A program made the translations under genes and the position numbers. Below are positions 1 through 12,003 of a stretch of DNA of 64,000 bases, piece after piece. The notes under the pieces were generated by a model that did no database searches, was not told the DNA's origin, and saw nothing but the letters and a program-made list of their open reading frames with translations. Numbering within the stretch: the first letter of the stretch is position 1; each line of letters opens with the position of its first letter. The stretch lies in contig NC_043008.1 of assembly GCF_006345805.1 (NCBI RefSeq), forward strand, positions 21,700,001 to 21,764,000. The letters run 5' to 3'. The DNA is from Octopus sinensis. Taxonomy: Eukaryota.

Positions 1-250
1 AAGAAGCCCGTCGTATATACGTATATGTATATGTGTGTGTTTGTGTGTTTGTGTTTGTCCCCCACCCCAACATCGCTTGACAGCCGATGCTGGTGTGTTT
101 ACGTCCCTGTAACGTAGCGGTTCGGCAAAAGAGACCGATAGATTAAGTACTAGGCTTACAAAGAATAAGTCCTGGGTTCGGTGTACTCGACAAAAGGCGG
201 TGCTCCAGCATGGCCACAGTCAAATGACTGAAACAAGCAAAAGAGTAAAG
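1..250 (+). mobile_element. SINE family B, 3' half (internal microsatellite plus ...ctgaaacaagyaaaagag tail)
   Basis: Matches the 3' part of the full-length copies at 22845-23258 and 38455-38865. Confidence 0.85.
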
Positions 251-1190
251 TGTATATATAATTGATGACATTATTCTTTGCTCATCTTGGATACTGGTTT
301 TCACAATTTTGTGAATTAACGAACTAATCTTCAGGTGTGCACGCACTTTTAAAAGCTTCCAATATATTTTTCATAACAAGATATTAAGAAAAGATTTATA
401 TCAATTCTTTCCAACATCTATTTTAGCAAATAATCACCACTCAATTCTCGAACTTAAAAGATTATACTGTAACAAGAAATATCTTTTCGTGTCAATCAGC
501 TAGACATTATGTTAGTATTACACTTTTAATGCTATAATTGGAAAAAAAATCGACAGACTTTATTAAATACAGCTACCTAGGATTTTCCTGGTCGAAAAAA
601 TAATCATTTATTTCGCCATTTTTCAAGCTGAGAACAACACCATTTGTTAGTTATTTTATCTTTCAGTAATTTATCATATTATATATGAAATATAGATGTT
701 GTGTGATTAGTAATTGTCTAGAAGCTAAATCCTCCTTCGACATGAAAATATGTATACAAAGTAGTTTTGCTCTAATATTTAATTACTTTATCGATATCTT
801 TGTTGAACCGCTATGTTACGAGGGTGTATACAAAGATTCACACAAAGACATACACGTACATACACACACACACACATACAAAGATTCGCACAAGCACATA
901 CACATACACACACATGTATATATACACAGTGGACTTCCATACAGTTTCTGTCTACTAGATTCATTCACAAGTCATCGAGGGTCCCAGGGCTATTGTAGAA
1001 AATACTTGCTCGAGGTGCCGCGCAGTGGGACTGAAACCAAAACCTCGTGGTTGCAAGGCAAGCTTCTTTACCATACACCCAACAGGTAACTGTGCTCATC
1101 TGATAATTATTTCATCGACCCTGAATGGATGAGAGGCAAAATCGATCTCGGAAGCATTTAAACACAGAACGCAAAATCAGCTAAAATACC

Positions 1191-1420
1191 TATTTCTTTA
1201 CTACCCACAAGGGTCTAAACACTGAGGGGACAAACAAGGACTGACAAACAGATTAAGTCGATTATATCGACCCCAGTGCGTAACTGGTACTTTATTTATC
1301 GAGCCCGAAAGGATGAAAGGCAAAGTCGACCTCGGCGGAATTTGAGCTCAGAACGTAACGGCAGACGAAATACGGCTACGCATTTCGCCCGGCGCGCTAA
1401 CGTTTCTGCCAGCTCGCCTT
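1191..1420 (-). mobile_element. SINE family A (tRNA-like head), near full length
   Basis: Reverse complement of ggcgagctggcagaaacgttagc...gttctgagctcaaattccgccgaggtcgactttgcc...aagaaata; many copies in the window. Confidence 0.9.
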
Positions 1421-1524
1421 ATATGTATGTTTGTATTATGTATGCATGCATGTATGTACGCATGTATGTATGTATGTATGTATGTATGTATGTATGTATG
1501 TATTTATGTATGTATGTATGCGTG

Positions 1525-1836
1525 CATGAACTCAAAAGTCATCTTCGTAGTCATAAAGCGAGACAGATGAGTGACAACCTGGCCACTGGTGGTGGTGTAA
1601 CACACCATACTAATCATATCTGTCGGGCATGTGAAAGAGAGTGTAATTCGGCAGGAGGACTTAAACGACATGTAAAGGTACATGAAGCCCAGTTACAACT
1701 ACAGCCGGCTATTACCGGTAAAGGTTTTAGTTGCCAATTTTGTACAAGACATTGTAGATCTTTACCTGGGCTAAAAAGTCACATCCGATCACAGCCCCAG
1801 TAACAGTTAAGCTTCGTGCAATGGCCATACTCGATA
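1525..1836 (+). mobile_element. 5'-truncated LINE 3' end encoding C2H2 zinc fingers (RTE-clade-like ORF2 C-terminus)
   Basis: Translates to LKSHLRSH...CRACERECNSAGGLKRHVKVH...CQFCTRHCRSLPGLKSHIRSQ*; no TGEKP linkers; short 3' UTR followed by a (TATG)n tail. Confidence 0.75.
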
Positions 1837-1904
1837 AATGTATGTATGTATGTATGTATGTATGTATGTATGTATGTATGTATGTATGTATGTATGTATG
1901 TATG

Positions 1905-2090
1905 TTTTGTCTTATGTATGTATTCTCATGCATATAGTTGCATGTCTAAAGATGCTCATATATACTTAAATGATAACCTTCTGGAAATCTGGAAAGCTTT
2001 ACAGATTTTTACAGTTCCAGTGATTGCCTGGATCTGTAGTCTTCGAATCAACTTTCTCTCTTCTGGTTTTGAGAAGACAAATTAGTGTTA
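1905..2090 (-). mobile_element. Probable 3' end of a restriction-like-endonuclease (R2/R4/NeSL-type) LINE
   Basis: Minus strand reads FSKPEERKLIRRLQIQAITGTVKICKAFQ, resembling the C-terminal LQ...GT..I motif of RLE-type LINEs; flanked by (TATG)n. Confidence 0.5.
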
Positions 2091-2895
2091 GTATGTATGT
2101 ATGCATGTATGCATGCAAATATATAATGCAGTGAAAGGTATCAGTAGAAATTGTGAATTAATACAAGTAGCTGTTTGTTTCATAATTCAATACTCATGAC
2201 TGTGGCTCCCAGAAAACTGGCCTCCGTGAAATATCTTCAATTTTAATTTGTATCCATTTACCACAATTTATTCCTGTTTTCCGATTCCTGACTTTGTGGC
2301 TTCCTCATCTGTTGTTCCAATTAGTGTGTTTGACAAGATGAAACAAACGTGTAAAAAGAAAAAAATTATTTTGGTGAAAAGCGAAACGTTTCGAAATCAG
2401 AAATTTTACAGATGATGCGAAATAATTAACGTTAAATATAAATTTATAGTTCAAACGCCCATAGTAGTTCTAACACAACCAAACCTACTGCATTAAGGAA
2501 TGCTTTTAGAAGACTTATTCAACCAGCAATGTTAATTTGCGGATGCAGTTCAAAAACCTCAGTAACACGCACACACACTTGCATAAATTTCAGAAAATAT
2601 AAAACTCTGAAGAGTTGCCATATCATCAGCATTAAGCCTAAGATGTATTTACCTATCGTTTCGCAAATTTCAACCACAACGCAATATTCTACAGTTACAT
2701 TACAAATCTGTAAGCCAAGCAGAATGCTAAAGATTTCGTAGCATGAATAATGAAATTAACTTACAATGTCCGAATATGCTTGATGCACGTTCGAACTGGG
2801 GAACAAGCTACTCACTGCGTTTTGTCACGGAGAATATATCTCGCTTGTTGATAAATGGTGTGTAACACAACTTGATCAGCTCGCAGCGCCACCTA

Positions 2896-3046
2896 CCTAG
2901 ACTGTAAGAAGTTAACCCTAACCCTAGCTCTAACCCTAGACTGTAATATGTTAACCCTAACCCTAACCCTAACCCTAGACTGTAAGATGTTAACTCTAAC
3001 CCTAACCCTAACCCTAGACTGTAAAATGTTAACCCTAACCCTAAAC
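2896..3046 (-). repeat. 39-bp minisatellite containing telomeric (TTAGGG)3 blocks
   Basis: Units starting cctagactgtaa at 2896, 2935, 2974 and 3013; the first three carry about three CCCTAA hexamers, the last is truncated. Confidence 0.9.
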
Positions 3047-3471
3047 CCCTCCGTAATGAAATTAACGCCCGAATTGCCGATTAAAACAAGTTCTTACTAC
3101 TAAACATGAACTGAAATTTCCTTCTGATATGGAGAAACAAAAGGACGATCTAGTTTGAAACTCTCAGAGTGAAGAAGAGATAAATTGAAGCAATTAACGG
3201 TATAACCGCAGCTTCGAAGCTGAAACAATTTAAGAATTTAAAGATTTCAGAAAAAAATTAATTTGTCACGCTTAGGGTAAGACGTTCATATTTGTTGGTA
3301 GGCATGGTGAAAATGTCAAAGATATTTTCGTCGTATAAGAACTCCCCAGTTAAGCATAATATATATTCACAGTGAATATATTAGATTGGCGCTCAAGGAA
3401 AGTTTAATATGGAACAAATGTGTGTTCGACGTTTCAAACATGGCTGTTCGTCAGAAAGAGGAAAAAGTCAA

Positions 3472-3546
3472 GAGAGAAGGTAAAGAATAGTCCGAGAGAA
3501 GCTAAAGAATATTCCGAAAGAAGGTAAAGAATAGTCCGAGAGAAGC
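3472..3546. repeat. 22-bp tandem repeat, about 3.4 copies
   Basis: gagagaaggtaaagaatagtcc units at 3472, 3494, 3516 and 3538 (partial). Confidence 0.85.
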
Positions 3547-4067
3547 ATAATAATTGGAAAGTTTACTAATAGAAAATGTGCTAGAAATTTGGTCGCTAGT
3601 ATTTGCATAATTGCAAGGGGTGACGTAAAAGAAATGATTCAATTTTAGTGGTTTTATACTCTGAATGTTAAACACAATGTTACCCTAATCATTAAACAGA
3701 ACATTTATTTCCCCAATCCCTCTTTTTGTGATTATACAAATTCTTACGGCAAAAATCCTTCGTAACACTTTTTCTTCATGTAAAAGCAGCGAATTGGAAT
3801 TGTTACAGTATATATTCGCCATATTTGTTCTTACTTGAAAAAATTTAGAAGTTATTTAGTTGTTTGCGTTTTCTCTTTATAGATTTACTCTATAGCTGGT
3901 GATTATTAATATTAGTAGTATTACATCGGCCTAGGTCGACTTTGCCTTTTATCGTTTCGGTGCCAATGAAAATAAGTACCAGTTACGTACTGGGTTTCGA
4001 TGTTATTAACTTGTCACCTGCCCTAAAATTTTTGCTTATAACAGAAATGATTATATTTAGTATTACC

Positions 4068-4212
4068 TATCATCATGATCATCATCACCATCACCATCAT
4101 CATCATCACCATCATGATCATGATGATGATGATGATCATCATCATCATCACCATCATCACCATCATCATCATCATCATCATCATCATCACCATCACCATC
4201 ATCACCACCACC

Positions 4213-4246
<34 letters not shown>

Positions 4247-4254
4247 TCAACACC

Positions 4255-4300
<46 letters not shown>

Positions 4301-4436
4301 CCACCACCACCACCACCACCATCATCACCATCACCATCATCATCATCACCATCATGATCATGATGATGATGATGATCATCATCATCATCACCATCATCAT
4401 CATCTTCGTCATCATCATCATCATCACCATCATCAC

Positions 4437-4468
<32 letters not shown>

Positions 4469-4483
4469 CCACCACCACCACAC

Positions 4484-4515
<32 letters not shown>

Positions 4516-4522
4516 CCACACC

Positions 4523-4556
<34 letters not shown>

Positions 4557-4690
4557 TCAACACCACCACCACCACTACCATCATCACCATCACCATCACA
4601 TCATCACCATCATGATCATGATGATGATGATGATGATCATCATCATCACCATCATGATCATGATGATGATGATGATCATCACATCATCAC

Positions 4691-4722
<32 letters not shown>

Positions 4723-4772
4723 CCATCATCACCATCATCATCATCATCATCATCATCACCATCATCACCACC

Positions 4773-4803
<31 letters not shown>

Positions 4804-4820
4804 CCATCATCACCACCACC

Positions 4821-4854
<34 letters not shown>

Positions 4855-4967
4855 CCACCAACCCCACCACACCACCACCATCATCACCATCACCATCATC
4901 ATCATCACCATCATGATCATGATGATGATGATCATCATCATCATCATCACCATCATCATCATCTTCG

Positions 4968-5000
<33 letters not shown>

Positions 5001-5439
5001 CCATCATCACCATCACCATCACCCTCATCATCATCATCATCATCATCATCATCACCATCATCATCACCACCACCACCACCACCACCATCATCACCATCAC
5101 CATCATCATCATCACCATCATCATCACCATCATGATGATGATGATCATCATCATCATCATCACATCATCATCATCATCATCATCATCATCACCATCATCA
5201 CCATCACCATCATCATCATCACCATCATGATCATGATGATGATGATATCATCATCATCATCACCATCACCATCACCCTCATCATCATCATCATCATCATC
5301 ACCATCATCACCACCACCACCACCACACATCATCATCATCACCATCATCACACCACCACCACCACCACCACACCATCATCATCATCACCACCAACCACCA
5401 CCACCACACCACCATCATCATCATCACCATCATCACACC

Positions 5440-5485
<46 letters not shown>

Positions 5486-5655
5486 CCACCACCCTCACCA
5501 CCACCATCATCACCATCACCATCATCATCATCACCATCATGATCATGATGATGATGATCATCATCATCATCATCACCATCATCATCATCTTCGTCATCAT
5601 CATCATCATCACCATCATCACCATCATCATCATCATCATCATCATCACCATCATC

Positions 5656-5701
<46 letters not shown>

Positions 5702-5709
5702 CCACCACC

Positions 5710-5743
<34 letters not shown>

Positions 5744-6113
5744 TCAACACCACCACCACCACTACCATCATCACCATCACCATCATCATCATCACCATCA
5801 TGATCATGATGATGATGATGATGATCATCATCATCACCATCATGATCATGATGATGATGATGATCATCATCATCATCACCATCATCACATCATCATCATC
5901 ATCATCATCATCACCATCATCACCATCATCATCATCATCATCATCATCACCATCATCACCACCACACCACACCACCACCATCATCATCATCATCACCATC
6001 ATCACCACCACCACCACCACCCACCACCATCATCATCATCATCACCACCAACCCCACCACCACCACCATCATCATCATCACCATCACCCTCATCATCATC
6101 ATCATCATCATCA
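4068..6113. repeat. ~2-kb (CAT)/(CAC)/(GAT) trinucleotide array with higher-order repeats
   Basis: Recurring landmarks: cttcgt at 4404, 4963 and 5589, and catgatcatgatg blocks. Confidence 0.95.
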
Positions 6114-6549
6114 TTTGCGCGTTGGAAAAATGCTCCAAGGCATTTTTTTTATCTGCCTTTACGTTCTTAGTTCAAATTCCGCCGTGAAGGACTTTACCTC
6201 CCATTCTTTTAGAGCTGATAAAGTAAGTACCAGTTAAGTACTGGGGGTCAATGTGATCAACTTACCTTTCCCACCAAATTTCAGGTTTTATGCCTATAGT
6301 AGAAAAGATTATTGTCGTCGTCGTCGTCGTTGTTGTTGTTGTTGCTGCTGTGGTGGTGTTTTGTAGTTAATGAAAATTATAATTACTAGAAACGAAACAA
6401 AATGCTGGAAACAATTTTTATGGAAGTTAATGTAATTATTATTATTATTATTGTTAATGTCATCATCGTCGTCGTCATCATCATTATAATCATTATTAGT
6501 AATACAATCAATTAAAATGTTAGAAGCAAAAATGTCAGAGGCGGTTATT

Positions 6550-6865
6550 TATGATCATGATCATCATAATCATCAGCATCATCACCGTTAGCACAATCAT
6601 CATCATCATCATCATCATCCTCCTCCTTGACATCATCACCATCACCACCACCATCCTCATCATCACCGCCACCACCATCATCATCACTACCACCACCACC
6701 ACCACCATCTTCACCACCACCACCATCATCATCACCACCACCACCACCACCATCCTCCTTCTCCTTCTCCTCATCATCACCACAACCACTACTACCACCA
6801 CCATCCTCATCATCATCACCACCACCACCATCATCATCACCACCACCACCACCATCATCATCACC

Positions 6866-6939
<74 letters not shown>

Positions 6940-6945
6940 TACCCT
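6550..6945. repeat. (CAT/CAC/CCT) trinucleotide low-complexity tract
   Basis: Direct reading of the sequence. Confidence 0.9.
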
Positions 6946-7469
6946 CCTCTAGGTGGATCAAGAAATGAAAAATAAAATTACCTCAAGACATTGAGAAACA
7001 TCTAAAAATAAATGAACTCCATACCATTAATTCTCAAGAAATTTTTCCATTTTCACGAGTATTTTCGCTTATCTTTTCTCTGGAATTCAAACCTTTATAT
7101 AGCCTATAAATATATATATACATATATATATATATAACCGATCGGGCCTTCAACTGATTGTAAACGAGAATATTCTTATATCAATTGGAATATATATTGC
7201 ATTGTTAAGATCTGCAAAGCAAGAAGCTTCTCCTACCCATTGACAATCATTCCTGCTTATCACCTATATAGTGATTTTATTTAGCTTCAGAATGGAAGAT
7301 GTAAAAATATGAAAGAAGAATGCCGATAAGGTTTTTTTGGAATAGGTGTCGAGGAAAAAGCTTTAAGATGTCCGCTCCTATTACGAAAATACGACGTTGA
7401 GAGAAAGAGAGAAAAACAAAGAGGATAATAGATACTTCTGTTAATACAAACGTGGTGTGCGTATGTATG

Positions 7470-7611
7470 CATATATGTATATATAATTATGTATATGCAT
7501 ATATAAGTATATAAGTATTTCTATATCTCTCCCTTTATATGTATATATATATGTATATATAAATAATATATTAATATATAATATATAAGAATATATATAT
7601 ATGTATATTGA

Positions 7612-7645
<34 letters not shown>

Positions 7646-7870
7646 ATATATACACACACACACATATATAAATATATATATATATACATAAATATATGTG
7701 TATATATATATATGCATATACATTTATATATACATATATATATATTTATATATATGTATTTATACATATATATATAAATTTATAGATATATATATATCTA
7801 TTTATATATAGATATATATTTGTATATATATATATATATATATGTACAGATATATATATATATATGTTTC
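7470..7870. repeat. (TA)n/(TG)n compound microsatellite
   Basis: Direct reading of the sequence. Confidence 0.9.
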
Positions 7871-8371
7871 TCTCTATATAAAGACACACACACACACACA
7901 GACATATGTTATTAACCTTGCAAGGGAGAAATAGTTCTCCCTCCCTCGCTCACTTTCTCTTTTTCTCTGCATATATATTTATACATACATATATGCAGAG
8001 AGAAAGAGAAAGTGAGCGAGGGAGTGAGAACTATTTCTCCCTTGCAAGGTTAATAACATACACCGAATCTAATGCACGTCTTTGTAAGGAAATACATCAT
8101 CCGCCATAATTTATTAGAATTACAATTGTTTTCGCTAGTAATTCAGTGATTCGATGTCCCATGGAGAGGGCAAGAACACATTTATTGCAACATAAAATTC
8201 TACAAATACAGGACTCAGAAATATGAGTTTATAAGACTATTCTATGGAAAAGAGATTTCCTTTAATTCATTTAGACAAACATTTCTAAACATATCATTTC
8301 GAATTTATCTTTATTTCAAGAATGAAGTTTGCAAGGGAAATGCTAACTTCGTTTTAATAACGCACGTTTTG

Positions 8372-9125
8372 AAGGCGGAGAACAATCGGAAACGTTAACA
8401 CACCGGGGAAAATGCTTGGCGGTGTGTCTGAGTTCAAATCCGGCTGAGGTCGATATGTCTCTCATCCTTTCGGGGTGGATAAAATAAGCACCAACTGGAC
8501 ACTGAGGTCCATGTAACCGACTTAGTAATTGCTAAAATTTGGAACAAATAATACACATTTTTAAGACGGTGAGCTGGCATAAACGTTAGCACGCCGGGCG
8601 AAATGCTTAGAGGTATTTCGTCTGCCGTTACGTTCTGAGTTCAAATTCCCCCGAGGTCGATTAAATAAGTACCAGGTACTTACTGGGGTCGATGTGATCG
8701 ACTTAATCCGTTTGTCTGTCCTTGTTTGTCCTCTCTGTGTTTAGCCCCTTGTGGGTAGTTAAGAAATAGGTATGTCTGAGTTCAATTCCCGCTGAGGTCG
8801 AATTGCCTTTCATCCTTTCGGAGTTGATAAAATAAGCACCAACGGGACACTGAGGTCCATGTAACAGACTTAGTAATTGCCAAAATTTGAAACAAATAAT
8901 ACACATTCTTAAGGCGGGGATCTGGCAGAATCTTTAGCACTCTGAGCAAAATGCTTGGCGGCATGTCGTCCGTCTTTATGTTCTGAGTTCAAATTCCGCT
9001 GAAGTCGTTTTCCTTTAAATCCTTTCGGGGTTTGATAAAATAACTACCAGTCGTGCATTGGTGCTGATGTAATCGACTTACCCCCACCCTGAAAATGCTG
9101 GCCTTGTGTTAAACTTTGAAACCAA
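8372..9125 (+). mobile_element. Head-to-tail cluster of about four SINE family A copies, including a local duplication
   Basis: Repeated gttctgagttcaaattcc...catcctttcggggt blocks; 8433-8602 is similar to 8773-8912. Confidence 0.8.
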
Positions 9126-9754
9126 GAATATGAAGTAGTGTATGCACGCACGTGTGTGTGTGTGCTTGCGTGTGTGTGTGCTTGCGTGTGTGTGCTTGCG
9201 TGTGTGTGCGCGCTCACACACACACATACACACACAGAGTATTACATACACATAATGTAAGGCACATGCACATATCGACGAAATGACAGAATCGTTGGAG
9301 TCGCGGGGAAGAATTATCTAACGGTAATTTTTGCGGCCTTCTACGTTCTGAGTTCAAATCTCGCCGAAGATTCTTCCAGAACCAATAAAATCAAGTACAA
9401 ATTAAGCACAAAATCTGATGACATCGACAAACCACCTTCCTTCAAGATTTGCTGGCCTTGCTCCCAAATTAGATATACTTTTCAATTATCGTTACGCCCT
9501 GTACTGACCTTCTGGGTCAAATAAGTGTCCGTAGCAAAGGAGGTCGAATAACTCATGTCTCTACGCCATCGGAGCGGACTAATAATGTTAAGTATAAGCT
9601 TGCTGAGTTTTCACAACAGGCTGTGACTACCGATATAGCAAATTAATTGTGCGTTCCTTCAATTAGGGTTATCTATTTCTGTCTCTCAATCTCTCCCTTT
9701 CTCACATATATATCCCTCTGTCTGTATGTCTGTTTGTCTGTTTGTCTCTCTCTC

Positions 9755-9854
9755 NNNNNNNNNNNNNNNNNNNNNNNNNNNNNNNNNNNNNNNNNNNNNN
9801 NNNNNNNNNNNNNNNNNNNNNNNNNNNNNNNNNNNNNNNNNNNNNNNNNNNNNN
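9755..9854. other. Assembly gap (100 N)
   Basis: Run of exactly 100 N, typical of an unknown-size scaffold gap. Confidence 0.99.
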
Positions 9855-9933
9855 GAGTGGATGCTCTAAAATTCTTGGCTTTGGGATTAAGAAAATATAG
9901 AAGGATTAGTTAATTATGATTTTTATTCAACAT

Positions 9934-10205
9934 ATAGGTGCAGGAGTGGCTGTGTGGTAAGTAGCTTGTTTACCAACCACATGATTCCGGGTTCGGTCCC
10001 ACTGAGTGGCACCTTGGGCAAGTGTCTTCTACCATAGCCTCGGGCCGACCAAAGCCTTGTGAGTGGATTTGATAGACGGAAACTGAAAGAAGCCCGTCGT
10101 ATATATGTGTATATATATATGTATATATATGTGTGCGTGTATGTTTTTGTGTCTGTGTTTGTGCCCCTAGCATTGCTTAACAACCGATGCTGGTATGTTT
10201 ATGTC
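9934..10205 (+). mobile_element. SINE family B, 5' portion
   Basis: gcaggagtggctgtgtggtaag...ggttcggtccc (A/B-box-like head), then ccttgggcaagtgtctt core. Confidence 0.85.
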
Positions 10206-10397
10206 CCCTCTTTTTTTTAAAGCCTTGTACTTATTCTATCAATCTTGTCTTGCCGAACCGCCAGCTAAAGGAGCCATAAGCACCTAACAACGGTTATCAT
10301 TCAGTAGTGGGAGACAAACACAAAGGTGTATACACACACACACATACACACATACACATACATACACGCGCGCACATCCGTACATGCATACATGCAC

Positions 10398-10428
<31 letters not shown>

Positions 10429-10589
10429 GGCATAGGAGTGTGTGTGTGTTAAGTAGCTTGCTTACCAACCACATGGTTCCAGGTTCAATCCTACTGCGTG
10501 GCACCTTGGGTAAGTGTCTTCTATATAGCCTCGGGACGATCAAAGCCTTGTAAGGGAAATTGGTAGACAGAAAGAGAAAGACGCCTGTC

Positions 10590-10628
<39 letters not shown>

Positions 10629-10784
10629 GTGAAATAGAAAGATGAATAATCATGTAGTAGATTAATCAAAAGTTTAACCGATACCTTAGTAGCAAAAATC
10701 ACAGCAGTAAACAGCACGGCTGGAGGTACAACCATCTGGCGTTGCAACCGTGCGTTGGTGCGGATAATTAAATTAAAACATTAT

Positions 10785-11322
10785 TGGTGAATTGAAGAAA
10801 TGGAGCTGAACGCAGATTGAACAGAAATCGTTTTATTTCATTCTACACGTGTTTCGAAAGGCACAAATTACCAAAATCCGATTGAATAATGGGACCATAT
10901 TGTGTCTTTCTCTTCAGGAAGAAAAAAGGAAATCCGTTGGAAAAAAAAAACAGAACAGAGGCGGAGCAAAAAAATCGAACTAAGCTCCTAAAGAGCCCAT
11001 GGCGAAACTGTTTATCAGTGTATGTGAGAACCGGTGACTGAGAATTCAACGGGTTTGAATTCTTCAGCCACCGGTTCTCAACATACACTGATAAACAGTT
11101 TCGCCATGGGCTCTTAGGAGCTTAGTTCGATTTGTTTTTGCTCCGCCTCTTTCTGTTTTTGTTTTTCCAACGGATTTCCTTTTTTCTTCCTGAAGAGAAA
11201 GACACAATATGGTCCCATTATTCAATCGGATTTTGGTAATTTGTGCCTTTCGAAACACGTGTAGAATGAAATAAAACGATTTCTGTTCAATCTGCGTTCA
11301 GCTCCATTTCTTCAATTCACCA
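10785..11322. repeat. Near-perfect 538-bp palindrome (fold-back element)
   Basis: Arm 10785-11049 is the reverse complement of 11055-11322, with a 5-nt spacer (cgggt). Confidence 0.95.
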
Positions 11323-11323
11323 G

Positions 11324-11386
<63 letters not shown>

Positions 11387-11715
11387 CATGTGTGTATGCT
11401 TGTGTGCGTCTGTGTTTATTCCGCCAACATCGCTTGACGACCGATGCTGGTTTGTTTACGTCCCAGTAACATTAGCGGTTGGGCAAAAACTACCGATAGA
11501 GATAAGTACTAGGCATACAAGAATAAGTCCTGGGTTTGATTTGTTCGACTAAAGGCGGTGTTCCAGCATGGCCGCAGTGAAATTACTGAAACAATTAAAA
11601 GAATAACAGAATAAAACAGATATAAACTCACACGTGTGTATGTGTGTGTGTTTGTGTATTGCATTTCAAACCAGAGTTTTTGTGGTAAAACAAACTAAGA
11701 AAGTTTTTTGTATTA

Positions 11716-11756
<41 letters not shown>

Positions 11757-11758
11757 CC

Positions 11759-11819
<61 letters not shown>

Positions 11820-11828
<9 letters not shown>

Positions 11829-12003
11829 GATCGTTAGCTCTACACAAATTTTTTCTCTCCTTGTTTTTTTCTCTGTATCTTTCTGTCGAAGAGCGTAGGC
11901 TCGAAACGTAAAAGACTTTTCTATTACTGAGCGCTATACTAATGCATTTGTTAGTTTGTACTCCACCTGCCTTCGTCTTTTGTTTATTTTCGTAACCTTC
12001 CCT
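11820..12003 (+). mobile_element. Short Penelope-like (pLTR-type) element with a hammerhead-like motif
   Basis: Family shared with the copies at 35350-35550 and 52375-52580; flanked by (CT)n and (TA)n. Confidence 0.65.
11878..11915 (+). ncRNA. Minimal type I hammerhead-like motif (A6U variant)
   Basis: TCTTT-CTGTCGA-A-GAGC(GTAG)GCTC-GAAAC-GTA-AAAGA; stems I and II pair fully. Confidence 0.55.

Noticed and set aside
1525-1803. Member of the expanded cellular C2H2-ZNF gene family
   Set aside because: It has no TGEKP linkers, no splice acceptor, and a microsatellite tail after a short UTR, which fits a LINE 3' end better.
2896-3046. True chromosome end
   Set aside because: The tract is short, interrupted and internal to the window.
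3942-6237. Poly-His/Asp ORFs as a histidine-rich metal-binding or beak protein
   Set aside because: All frames are open simply because CAT/CAC repeats lack stops. The His frame shifts repeatedly through 1-nt indels, and no signal peptide or splice context is visible.
8372-9125. CRISPR-like repeat-spacer array
   Set aside because: The repeats are long, diverged SINE copies with irregular spacing in eukaryotic DNA, and there are no cas genes.
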